Virus record (IMG/VR): IMGVR_UViG_3300027256_000005
Span: 1 to 39,372 of that record
Source: a virus
Lineage: Duplodnaviria > Caudoviricetes
DNA length: 39,372 bases
Strand: one strand, 5' to 3'
Shown here one piece after another: positions 24,487-33,895 of this stretch. A program made the position numbers and the translations under genes. Under the pieces are notes generated by a model. That model had not been told where the DNA came from. It saw only the letters and a program-made list of their open reading frames with translations, and did no database searches. Positions within the stretch are counted from its first letter, which is position 1. Each line of letters starts with the position of its first letter.

Positions 24487-27400
24487 ATGGCAGAGCTTGA
24501 CGGAAACGAAAGGAAGAAACTATACAGCAAACTTTATAACGACCCTGACACGAAGGCTGAAACTGCAAAGTATTCGTTCAAGGAATGGGAAAAGAGTTTC
24601 TTGGATGACGCAGGCAAGAGGTCTAAGATAGGACTTCTTGCTGTGGGCAAGAATTGGGTGTCGGACTATTCTGAGTTTAGGAATAAATATGCCTCAGAGT
24701 TAAACCCTCCCGCCGCCCCTGCTGCCAAGCCTGCCGCTCCTGTAGCCGCCCCTGTTGCTGCTGCTCCTATTGAGCAGGCTGCTCCTATTCCTTCCGTTGA
24801 ACCAATGGAAGGAGAGGAGATTTCCGAAGTGGAATACGAGGGCCAAATGCTTCCTGAAGTGACGGCCTACGGAAACCTTCCTGAGTATGGTACGCAAGAG
24901 TACGAGGAAATAATAAAAGGGGACTATCCTGTAGGCAGTGATGAGTACAACCTACAGATGGCTGTTAAGAACCAATTGCCTCGTGTAGAATTAGGAGCAG
25001 GGGGATATACACAAGATATGGCAGCGAATCTTCCCGAAACAATGGAGAAAGCAAAGCAGTCTTCACTAAGCCCTGTCTTCAAAGACTATGAGATGGCCCA
25101 AAAGATGATGAAGGGAGAAGTGCCTCTTGTGACGCAAAAAGATGTACGAGAGGCTCAAGAGGGATTTGGAAGGGCTACAAAAGAGCAGCAGCAAGCTGCT
25201 ATAATGGGTACGCCTGGATATAATTTAGAAAAAGAAAAGGAATGGGAAAAGTTGTCTGGGTTAGAAAAAACCGGACAAAAAGTAATGGACTTCGCTTCAG
25301 GCTTTAATAGAGCCTTGTTTAAAACGCCATCCTCAGTTGTTAAAACCTCATCCGAACTTGGAGTGGGGATACTTAATATGTTGGGAGGGGATATGAAGTC
25401 TGAAGATGCTATTTTGTATAATCTTGCTGATAAGTATGACAAATGGCTTGACACAAGTGAAACCGCAAAGAAATGGATAGGAGACCCAAATAGAGGGGGG
25501 TTGGTGTCTGATGTTGGGTCCGGCATAGGGCAGATTTTCACAATGTATGCTACAGGGGGCACAGGAGGGGCATCAAAGGCTTTGCTTTCCCAACCTACTG
25601 TTTTAAAAGCCGTTGGGCAAAAAATGTTTAGCAAGCCCTCTATGGTTTCCTTTAGCCAAATATTCAATTCTGAATATGAAGCAATGAAAGCAAAAGGGGA
25701 GAGCGACCAAACAGCATTTAAACAAGCATTGCTTAATGGATTTACGGCCTCTCCATTGGAAAATCTTCCACTTGTTAACTTAGCGGAAAGGCTAAATAAA
25801 ACAATAGGGGTAAAGCTAACAAAAAGAATTATTAATTCCCTTCAACAAGGAGCAGAAGAGGCTACGCAAGAGTCTGTTCAGCAAGTTTTTAGCAACCTTA
25901 GCAATAACTCATTGGTTGAGTTGGAGAAAAACATTGTTGATTGGGCAAGAGGAGTACAACCAAGTGCCGAGGCAGGAGGCGTAGTAGGTGCGCTAATTGG
26001 AGGCTTGGCTAACGTAAGGGATGCAAGAAAATACGCAACATCAAAAGTTGGATTATCCACATTCAGCCCCGCAATCCAAGAAAGCCAAGTAGTTCAAATA
26101 GCTGCGAACGATTATCAGAAAAGCATATCAAGAGCCGAAGAGCAGGGCAAAAAGCCCGACAAATTTGATGTCAAGCAACTTGAAAAACTGAGAAACGACC
26201 CTGAAGCATGGGTGAAGGGAGAGATAAAGTATCTCACGCAAAAAATAGAGGAAGACAAGAAGGCTAATATTGACACGAAAGTTACTGAGGCCGACCTTGC
26301 CGAGCACAACGCCCTGCTTGCCCAAATCAAGGCCGAGAAGAAAGGAATGGAGCAGGCTGCTCTTGCTCCGGCACAAGAGGCCGCTCCTGTAGCTCCTGAA
26401 GCCGAGGTTGTTCCTGCGGAAACGGTGATGGCTCCTGAAGTGACAGCCCCTGTGGCATTCCCTTCTGATGAACAGATTGCTGATGATATACAGAACAAGA
26501 GATTCGCAAGATTTACATATAGTAATGAATCGGAAGTTCCTGAACAATTCAAGGACAAAATATCTTTAAGAGGCGAAACAAACGGAGTTCCATTTGTAAG
26601 AGTTACGTTGCCACAATCGGTAGCAGAATATGAAGCATCAAGAGTTGCCCCCGAAGCCCCTGTTACAGAAACCGCTCCCGTTACAGAGGAATCCCCTGTA
26701 GCCGAGGAAACTATTCCTGTAGCCCCCGAAACGGAGGAGGACTATTCGTTCCTTGAGGAAACGGAACTCACGCCTGAAGAAAGGGATGCTCTGTTGGCTC
26801 AGGAGGAAACGGCCCCCGTTGCTCCTGTGCAAGTATTGCGTCCTAAGCTTCCCGAAATACAAGTTCCCAAACCAGAAGGCTTTGCGCCATTCCTTCGCAA
26901 ACTTGGATACACCGATGAGGAAATATCCAAAATGACGTTTGAGCAGCAACAAGAGATTGCTACCAATAAAACTGAGCCAGCAAGAGCAGAAGGCAGTTCT
27001 AAAGTTGATGTCGCAAAAGAGAATCAAAGAGTAGAAAAGGTTGCTGAGGCTCAAAGGAAAATAGACGAGGAGATTGCCGCTGAGGAAGCCGCTCCCGAAG
27101 CCCCTGCCGCCCCTATGAAAGAAGTGGGCGTGGGAGGCATTATAAGAGGCCACGAAGACATTGTGGGCAACGAGGGATTGGGAGATGTCAGAAATCAACT
27201 TTCTGAAGAGAACAATGGAGTAATAGTAGCCAATGGGAAGGACGGCAATCAATATGCCGTTGCCTTTTCAAGAAAAGGAGGAGACAGGCAAAACATATGG
27301 GAGCAAGGAAGTTCAACGCCTCGTCCCGGCCACATTTACACGTCTGTAAAGATTGAAGACCCCTCAAACGCTCAGGAAGTGGAGGCTGCCAAGAAGCAGG

Positions 27401-28029
27401 CTGAGGCGGCCCTTGCTGAAATCCTCCCAACAGTTAAGGGAGGAAACATAAGGGCCTCTGACGTTCAGCAAGCCATTACGGATTTTCAAACTAAAAAGCC
27501 TGCCGAACCCGCTCCTAAAAAGAAAGCCGCTCCTGCCGCTCCCGCCCCCAAAGCAGAAACGAAACAGGAAGCTCCTAAGCCTGAAGCCAAGCCCTCTTCC
27601 ACCACTCCCCAAGAAGGGGCCACTGTTGAAATCCCTGCCCAAAGAGCGGAGTTCGGCACAAGGAACATGGTGTTCAAGGAGGGAGAGTGGAAGCAAAATG
27701 TCGGAGGGGATATGGTTAAAGTGGGGCCTGCCGTCCAGCAGCAAGCTCAAGAGGCTTTTGCCGGGAAGGCTGAAGCGAAGCCTGCTGCTGAAACAAAAAC
27801 AGAGGCCGCTCAAAAAGAAGAGGGCAAGAAGCCTTCCGCAAAAGAACTTGCCTCCCAAATAGAGGATATGAGAAGCCTTCCTCCTGCTAAGCGCAAGGCC
27901 GCACAGCAAGCCATTGAGGAACGTTACGGCAAGGAAGACGTGGCGAAAATGATTGAAATAACTGCTAACTTTACGAAAATTATAGACGACCTTGAGCAAA
28001 GGGGAGTCGTTAAAATAGATTGTCCATAA
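24487..28029 (+). CDS. Large putative ejection protein (1180 aa)
   Basis: Gly-rich amphipathic helices (GSGIGQIFTMYATGG, EEATQE..QQ, GGVVGALIGGL), Pro/Ala/Glu linkers, single penultimate Cys. Confidence 0.65.
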   Translation: MAELDGNERKKLYSKLYNDPDTKAETAKYSFKEWEKSFLDDAGKRSKIGLLAVGKNWVSDYSEFRNKYASELNPPAAPAAKPAAPVAAPVAAAPIEQAAPIPSVEPMEGEEISEVEYEGQMLPEVTAYGNLPEYGTQEYEEIIKGDYPVGSDEYNLQMAVKNQLPRVELGAGGYTQDMAANLPETMEKAKQSSLSPVFKDYEMAQKMMKGEVPLVTQKDVREAQEGFGRATKEQQQAAIMGTPGYNLEKEKEWEKLSGLEKTGQKVMDFASGFNRALFKTPSSVVKTSSELGVGILNMLGGDMKSEDAILYNLADKYDKWLDTSETAKKWIGDPNRGGLVSDVGSGIGQIFTMYATGGTGGASKALLSQPTVLKAVGQKMFSKPSMVSFSQIFNSEYEAMKAKGESDQTAFKQALLNGFTASPLENLPLVNLAERLNKTIGVKLTKRIINSLQQGAEEATQESVQQVFSNLSNNSLVELEKNIVDWARGVQPSAEAGGVVGALIGGLANVRDARKYATSKVGLSTFSPAIQESQVVQIAANDYQKSISRAEEQGKKPDKFDVKQLEKLRNDPEAWVKGEIKYLTQKIEEDKKANIDTKVTEADLAEHNALLAQIKAEKKGMEQAALAPAQEAAPVAPEAEVVPAETVMAPEVTAPVAFPSDEQIADDIQNKRFARFTYSNESEVPEQFKDKISLRGETNGVPFVRVTLPQSVAEYEASRVAPEAPVTETAPVTEESPVAEETIPVAPETEEDYSFLEETELTPEERDALLAQEETAPVAPVQVLRPKLPEIQVPKPEGFAPFLRKLGYTDEEISKMTFEQQQEIATNKTEPARAEGSSKVDVAKENQRVEKVAEAQRKIDEEIAAEEAAPEAPAAPMKEVGVGGIIRGHEDIVGNEGLGDVRNQLSEENNGVIVANGKDGNQYAVAFSRKGGDRQNIWEQGSSTPRPGHIYTSVKIEDPSNAQEVEAAKKQAEAALAEILPTVKGGNIRASDVQQAITDFQTKKPAEPAPKKKAAPAAPAPKAETKQEAPKPEAKPSSTTPQEGATVEIPAQRAEFGTRNMVFKEGEWKQNVGGDMVKVGPAVQQQAQEAFAGKAEAKPAAETKTEAAQKEEGKKPSAKELASQIEDMRSLPPAKRKAAQQAIEERYGKEDVAKMIEITANFTKIIDDLEQRGVVKIDCP
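24706..24792 (+). repeat. Coding Pro/Ala low-complexity linker
   Basis: PPAAPAAKPAAPVAAPVAAAP; similar linkers near 26350-26460, 26640-26830 and 27500-27610. Confidence 0.6.
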
Positions 28030-28030
28030 T

Positions 28031-28522
28031 ATGAAAAAAAGCCTCCTTTCTTCCGCCGACCTCAAGAGCCTACAGCAGGCCGTTGAACACGAGCTGTACG
28101 CTTCCAATTTCTACAAATACGCTGCCTCCTGCTGTCAGAAGCAGGGCTTGTTCGGAGCGCAGAAGTTCTTTGAGAACGAATCTGCTGACGAGCTGAAGCA
28201 TTATTACAAGCTGCGTGATTTCCTGAACGATATGGGGAGCGAGGCTGATATGCCACAGATAGATGAGGTGGACTTCAAGGAAGGCATTGATTTAATGGGC
28301 ATCCTTGATGCGGCCTTTGAATTGGAGAAAGACCTCGGAGAGTTCTACGGCAAGTTTTATTTTGCCACAAAGGACGCTGCCGTTCAGGTGAGGATTCACA
28401 AGTTTGTGAAAATACAGACAAAGGCTGTGGGCGAATATATGGACTTGATTGCCCGGCTCTCGCTCATAGGAGATTGCCCAAGCGGCTTGTTGCTGATTGA
28501 CCAGGAACTCGGAAACAAATAA
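28031..28522 (+). CDS. Ferritin (non-haem, FtnA-like)
   Basis: HELYASNFY, GLFGAQKFF...S.DELKH, AFELEK, FVKIQ, L.IDQEL. Confidence 0.88.
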   Translation: MKKSLLSSADLKSLQQAVEHELYASNFYKYAASCCQKQGLFGAQKFFENESADELKHYYKLRDFLNDMGSEADMPQIDEVDFKEGIDLMGILDAAFELEKDLGEFYGKFYFATKDAAVQVRIHKFVKIQTKAVGEYMDLIARLSLIGDCPSGLLLIDQELGNK

Positions 28523-28525
28523 GAA

Positions 28526-31500
28526 ATGGCGAAGAACTTAAAGCCTTGCATCACTATTATAAATATAGACGGCAAGGAAGCAAGGCTTACGTATGACCAA
28601 ATGCGTGAGCACCTCTTTAACAATCCCGAATTGTGGCAAGAGGGAAAAGCGGAACGCAGGAAAATAGGGGGGAAGGAAGGCAAGGTTGAAGGCAAGAAAG
28701 CAGACCCCATCCTTGCGGCCCTTGACAAAGGGAAAATAAAAGGTGTTGCCGGTATGAACACCGTTGTGTGGAATGCCGCCATTGACACCATTAAGGCAGC
28801 CTACATTGCCGGGAAATCTATTGCCGAAGCCATCAACGCAGGGATTGCCTATTTGAAGAGCAAAGGGGAAAATGTGTCCCAATATCAGGATGCTCTTGAT
28901 GACATCCGCAAAGCAGAAAAGCCGAGGGTGGCAACATTCTTTTCGGGAGCTGGCACGATGGAGGCAGTTCTTCCAAAAGCCGAATCTGTAATGGCCGTTG
29001 AATACAGCCCCACATATATGAAGGCTTACAACGATGCCTTCGGAACAAAGTATGAAGCAAGGGATGTAACGCAGATAGATTCACAAGAAGTGAAGGCTGC
29101 CAACCCAGACATCTTCCACGCTTCTCCCGTTTGTAAAAACTTCTCAAAGGCGAAGAACATTAACACGGTGGAGAAATCCGATATGGATTCTGCCGAGTCT
29201 GTGGCAAGGGTTATTCGTGAAGCAAAGCCTCCTGTAGTTACAATTGAGAATGTTCCCGGATACAAAGACACTGTCCCATTCAAGGCCATCATTGATGCTT
29301 TGAAAGATGCGGGGTATACTTACGATGTGGGCGTTTATAATGCCGCTGACTATGGTGGTGTTCAAAACAGAAAGCGGTTGTTTGTTCGTGCCGTAAAGGA
29401 TGGCAAACTTCCTGCTCTTCCAAAAACAACAAAGCAAGGCGATTGGTATAAGGCCGTAGAGGACTTAATTGATGATGCGCCTGATGCTCCATTTACCACA
29501 AGGACAAAGGAGAAAAACTGGGAGCAAGAAAGGATTGATGAAATGATAGCAGATGGCAGATTAGATGCCTCAAAGCCCATTATTACTATGGGGGCTTCTG
29601 CCTATAAGGGAGAGGCTGCTGCATCAAATGCTGGCAATCCATCTCCTACATTGCTAAGTTCATCAAGTCAAGTGCCTCGCATCATTATGCCTGACGGCAG
29701 AATAAAAAGGGTGACACCTGAAATGATGAAGCGGCTTATGGACTTGCCTCTTTCCTATCCTGTCCCTGCCGATGCTAAAGTTGCAAAGGAGGTGTTGGGC
29801 AACGGAATGGATGGTGCGTTTACAAAGGCTCTCATTGAGCCGTTGATTCAACAAACTAGCCCCGAACAGAAACTCAAGCAAGCCTTTAACGAATGGAAGG
29901 CCGAGAACAACAAACTCGGAATTTCCGTCAATTGGGAGAGGCTTGCCGAATCTGACAAGAAACTCATCAAGGCCCTGTTCGATTACATTAAGGAAAAGAT
30001 AAGGCAAGGGGCATATTCCTTTGAAACGTTTGCCAAGGAATACGGAGGCAAAATAAAGAACTTTGACGCTCAGAGGAAGAAATGGGAGGGCTTGTATAAC
30101 AAGGCCGCCAAGGAGGTGGAAGCGGAGAAGCCCGTAACGCCTACGGAGAAAAAGAAGGAAGCTCCTGAAAAGCCTGCGGCAGAGGGGGAAGAGGGGACAA
30201 AGGAACGTAAGTTCATCACTTCCACGAAAGCCCTTGAGGACATTTCTGATAGTGTAAAGGAAGCTCTATTTGGTGAATCATCACGATACACAGTTCTTCC
30301 AAATCAAGTGAGTATAAAGGAGGCCAATGCTATTTTGGAGGCAATGGGAGCAGACAGGGCAAAGGCTCTTGTGCTTAACGGAGATGAGAACATTCCAGAT
30401 GCCTTTCGTGTAACGCTTGGAGAAATTCTGATAAAAAAGTTCAACAGTGAAGGAAAATATGACGATGCTATAGATGTTACAAAAGGCGTAGCAACGGAAG
30501 CTACAGGATGGGGACGGGCAATACAAACTCTATCCCTGATTAAATTTCTTACGCCTGAAGGACAGCTATTGGCTGCCACAAGGAACATAAATGCTCTTCG
30601 TGACGAAAGGTTTAAGAAAGAGGAGGGCAAAATGGACAAGGTGAAGAAGGCTTTCAAGAAGGCAGATGATGAAGCCATTGAAGGAGCAATAGACGCCGTT
30701 GTTACGCAAACAGAAGAAACTCCTGCCCCACAAGCCACAAGAGCAAAGACATGGGGAGAGAAGAATAAAATAATAACAAAGGCGGCCTATCAAAAAGCAA
30801 AAGAGGCTCTCAAGAGAATAAAACTATTCACCACCCCAATACCAGAGGAACTCATCACCATCGCAGCCTATCACATTGAAGCGGGAGCAAGAAGTTTTGC
30901 CGACTTCAGCAAAGAGATGGTGAAGGACTTTGGAAAGAAAGTGAGGCCATATCTGAAAGCTGCTTACAAAAAAGCTCAGACCAAAGTTGGAGGCACAGGA
31001 TATTCCACAGATGCTGAAATAGCTACGCACCTATCACAAGACCTTGATAGGGACATAAAGGATGTAATGAAGCAATCGGGTGTACAAATCCGTGACTTGA
31101 TTAAACAACACTATTCCGAAGGGGAGCGAACTAAAGAAGCCTTGACAAAGGCATTGGTGGATAGGCTCGGTCTTGACGCATCAGATGCAGCCACAATAGC
31201 TTCAAAGGTAGAGGCTGAATACAATAGGCTTGCCACGCAAAAGAAAGAACAGGCTCTGAAAGCAATTGAAAAAAGACTTCTTAGAAAACCTTCTGTTCGC
31301 AAGAAAGCGGAAGAAAAACTTATTGAACTTTCCAACCTTGGCGCACTTGACGAGAAAACCTTTAAAGAGGAATACGCAAGAGCAATGGGCTTCCCTGAAA
31401 TAACAAAAGAGAATGCCGCTAAGATTAAGGAACTTGCAGAGAAGCTACAAAACGCAAAAGAAGGAAGGCCAAAGTATAACGCAACAATTGACTTGCTGAA

Positions 31501-33877
31501 TTATCAAGCAAGCCTGCCAGGCGTTGATAAAATGGACTTAGCCACCTCTATTTGGATGGCATCATTACTTTCGGGCCCTTCTACGCAACTAAAAAACATT
31601 TTTGCCAACTCATACAACATGGGGGCATTGGCCTTCAATGTAGCGATGCAAAGCCCCAAAGACATCCCATTCCTTCTTAGGGGACTAACCATAGGACTTG
31701 GGAATGGGCTGCAAGAAGGGGGCTCTACAATGGTGACAGGGCAGTCGCCAATTAAACAAGCTGCCGCTGCTCAAGGCATTTTGGAAAGAACAAAGTTTAG
31801 CCCATACAATCCGTATGGCTACTACAAATTCGTCCCAAGGTTTATGCTTGCTGCTGATGCTGTCACTTATGGTGGCCTTAAAGAAATGAGAGCCTATCAA
31901 CTTGCACTTGCGGAGGCAAGGGATAAATATCCTACAGATAATGCTGTTCAAAAGGCTATTGAAATATTGGCTCAAACAGATGTCCAATTACAATTAGCAC
32001 AAGCAGAGGCCGAGCAAGAATATCAGGCAGCAGTGGCTGAAATTGATGCTGACACAAGTCTTAATAAACTTCAGAAAGAAACCAAGAAGGCGGCTGCAAA
32101 ACTTGACAGAAGTCGCAGGGTGTATGACATTGTTGAGCAGAACAGGCCAAATCAATTAGTTAAGGATGCCCATGATTTCGCTCTTAGGGGTACATTTAAT
32201 AATCCTCCTGATGGCTCATTAGGGGTGGCCGCAAGGTTTTTCAACGGAATAACACATAAAGTTCCCGCAATAAGGTTCTTTGTTCCATTTGTGAATGTAA
32301 TTACAAACGTTGCTAATGAATACGTCAATTACTCTCCTATTGGGTATTTGAGAGCAATCAAAGGGGGCTCAATTATGGGCAACAGAAAAACCTTTACTGA
32401 GCAGGACAAAAAGGAACTAATGATTAAGGCCACCATTGGAACTACGGCAGCCATTGCGGCTTACGTCCTAAGTGGAATTGGAGGCGATGACGAGGAAGAG
32501 CCATTCTTCCAAATAACAGCAGATGGGTATAATGACTACAAAAAGAATAAAGAACTTGAGAGAACAGGATGGAGGCCATATAGCATAAAAATTGGCAATA
32601 CATGGATAAGCTACAAGCTAACTCCTATGGCTGCTATGCTTGCAGCAATAGGGGCTTTGCGTGATAGAGAAAAGTATGGCAAAGAAAAATTGACAGAAAG
32701 TGCTCTTAACAAATTAGTCATCCCATTCCAGGAGTTTATGTCCACTGTTGCGGAGACATCATTCCTTGGCTCTGCCGAAACATTCCTTTCTGGAGTGCTT
32801 GGGGCTACAAAAGGAGACAAAGGACAAAAGTTGACAGAATGGGCTTCAAAAACTGGAGCATCCGTTGTTCCTGTTTTAGGAACAAATCTATATCAGCAAG
32901 TAGCCGAAAAGACATACGATGCCCTTGATATTCCTGACAAAGAATACAGAGGCGTTGATGGAGCTATTGGAGTGTTTGCTAAAACTCTGCGGAACGTTCC
33001 TGTGATTAGAGAAGAATTAAAAAATGCTGTAAACGGACTTGGAGAAGAACTCCCACCGCAAACAGGAGGCATAATATTCTCTAAGAAAGAAGCAGGTCCT
33101 TACGCTAAATTATGGCAACTCCTTGTTGACAAGAAGGCAACAACAGGCCGCCCCGATAGAAGAGGGGCTACATACATTGATATTAATGGCAATCAAAAAG
33201 CCATGAATGACGAGCAGTTCTATTTCTTTGCCAAGACAAGAGGCGAATACATACGCAAATTGATGGAGAAGCAATATGACAAGCTACAAGAGATGAATGA
33301 TAAAGAGTTTGCCGATTGGATGGAAAACACTCGCACGGGCGCAAACAGATTTGCAAACGGAGAACTTGCTCTTCAAAGTGAAAAGGGTATTTACGAAAAG
33401 GGGATAAATAAATACAAGGCCGAAGCGGAGCATGAGAAAAACAAAATCATGTACTCTATAGAAATTGGGGATGTAGACGATGTTAAGCAAGCGTTTGATA
33501 ACTATGAGTCCCTTTCCCCAAATACGCTTTCAAAGAACAAGAAAGAAGTGTACAGCAAGATTGTATCTGATGACATCATTCCAGCTAACATAAAGGAAGA
33601 GGACAAGATTGACTTTTACAAAAGCATTTTTTCGGACAAAAACCCAACTATTTCCGTGCAAGAAAAAGGAAAGGACGGAAGGGTTAAAATAGTGCGTAAG
33701 CCCTTTAAAGAAGTTTTCACTCCAGAGCAAATGGCTGAATACAAAGAGAAGTACATCGAAAAAGAGCAAGAGGTTGTTAAGAAGTTGGAGGTTTTAGATA
33801 GGGCTCTTAAAACGAGTTTTGCGAAAAAGAAGTCTGATGAGGCCGTGTGGAGAAGGTATATTAAACCATCCGAATAA
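28526..33877 (+). CDS. Large polyvalent internal virion protein (1783 aa) with an embedded C5-cytosine DNA methyltransferase domain
   Basis: Motifs FFSGAG, VE, D, SPVC..FS, ENV, QNRKR, LGNG in aa ~133-440; C-terminal LLSGPSTQLKN, FFVPF and GWRPYSIKIGNTWISY, as in podovirus internal virion proteins. Confidence 0.8.
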   Translation: MAKNLKPCITIINIDGKEARLTYDQMREHLFNNPELWQEGKAERRKIGGKEGKVEGKKADPILAALDKGKIKGVAGMNTVVWNAAIDTIKAAYIAGKSIAEAINAGIAYLKSKGENVSQYQDALDDIRKAEKPRVATFFSGAGTMEAVLPKAESVMAVEYSPTYMKAYNDAFGTKYEARDVTQIDSQEVKAANPDIFHASPVCKNFSKAKNINTVEKSDMDSAESVARVIREAKPPVVTIENVPGYKDTVPFKAIIDALKDAGYTYDVGVYNAADYGGVQNRKRLFVRAVKDGKLPALPKTTKQGDWYKAVEDLIDDAPDAPFTTRTKEKNWEQERIDEMIADGRLDASKPIITMGASAYKGEAAASNAGNPSPTLLSSSSQVPRIIMPDGRIKRVTPEMMKRLMDLPLSYPVPADAKVAKEVLGNGMDGAFTKALIEPLIQQTSPEQKLKQAFNEWKAENNKLGISVNWERLAESDKKLIKALFDYIKEKIRQGAYSFETFAKEYGGKIKNFDAQRKKWEGLYNKAAKEVEAEKPVTPTEKKKEAPEKPAAEGEEGTKERKFITSTKALEDISDSVKEALFGESSRYTVLPNQVSIKEANAILEAMGADRAKALVLNGDENIPDAFRVTLGEILIKKFNSEGKYDDAIDVTKGVATEATGWGRAIQTLSLIKFLTPEGQLLAATRNINALRDERFKKEEGKMDKVKKAFKKADDEAIEGAIDAVVTQTEETPAPQATRAKTWGEKNKIITKAAYQKAKEALKRIKLFTTPIPEELITIAAYHIEAGARSFADFSKEMVKDFGKKVRPYLKAAYKKAQTKVGGTGYSTDAEIATHLSQDLDRDIKDVMKQSGVQIRDLIKQHYSEGERTKEALTKALVDRLGLDASDAATIASKVEAEYNRLATQKKEQALKAIEKRLLRKPSVRKKAEEKLIELSNLGALDEKTFKEEYARAMGFPEITKENAAKIKELAEKLQNAKEGRPKYNATIDLLNYQASLPGVDKMDLATSIWMASLLSGPSTQLKNIFANSYNMGALAFNVAMQSPKDIPFLLRGLTIGLGNGLQEGGSTMVTGQSPIKQAAAAQGILERTKFSPYNPYGYYKFVPRFMLAADAVTYGGLKEMRAYQLALAEARDKYPTDNAVQKAIEILAQTDVQLQLAQAEAEQEYQAAVAEIDADTSLNKLQKETKKAAAKLDRSRRVYDIVEQNRPNQLVKDAHDFALRGTFNNPPDGSLGVAARFFNGITHKVPAIRFFVPFVNVITNVANEYVNYSPIGYLRAIKGGSIMGNRKTFTEQDKKELMIKATIGTTAAIAAYVLSGIGGDDEEEPFFQITADGYNDYKKNKELERTGWRPYSIKIGNTWISYKLTPMAAMLAAIGALRDREKYGKEKLTESALNKLVIPFQEFMSTVAETSFLGSAETFLSGVLGATKGDKGQKLTEWASKTGASVVPVLGTNLYQQVAEKTYDALDIPDKEYRGVDGAIGVFAKTLRNVPVIREELKNAVNGLGEELPPQTGGIIFSKKEAGPYAKLWQLLVDKKATTGRPDRRGATYIDINGNQKAMNDEQFYFFAKTRGEYIRKLMEKQYDKLQEMNDKEFADWMENTRTGANRFANGELALQSEKGIYEKGINKYKAEAEHEKNKIMYSIEIGDVDDVKQAFDNYESLSPNTLSKNKKEVYSKIVSDDIIPANIKEEDKIDFYKSIFSDKNPTISVQEKGKDGRVKIVRKPFKEVFTPEQMAEYKEKYIEKEQEVVKKLEVLDRALKTSFAKKKSDEAVWRRYIKPSE

Positions 33878-33882
33878 CCTCG

Positions 33883-33890
33883 TACCTTTG
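33883..33890 (+). promoter_or_regulatory. -7 promoter element TACCTTTG
   Basis: Fills the 18-nt intergenic gap; 5 nt before ATG 33896. Confidence 0.7.
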
Positions 33891-33895
33891 CAATT

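Noticed and set aside
24706-27610. GC-rich short repeats as a CRISPR array or DNA repeat element
   Set aside because: Degenerate in-frame Pro/Ala codon repeats with no repeat-spacer periodicity.
27364-28107. Long minus-strand ORF (247 aa) and similar antisense ORFs (26638-27252, 25155-25667, 33616-34140)
   Set aside because: Shadows of biased plus-strand genes, with no promoter or protein-like motifs.
24487-33877. Virion RNA polymerase, as in crAssphages
   Set aside because: No DxDxD/DFDxD catalytic motif seen in either giant protein, and host-type promoters precede late genes.
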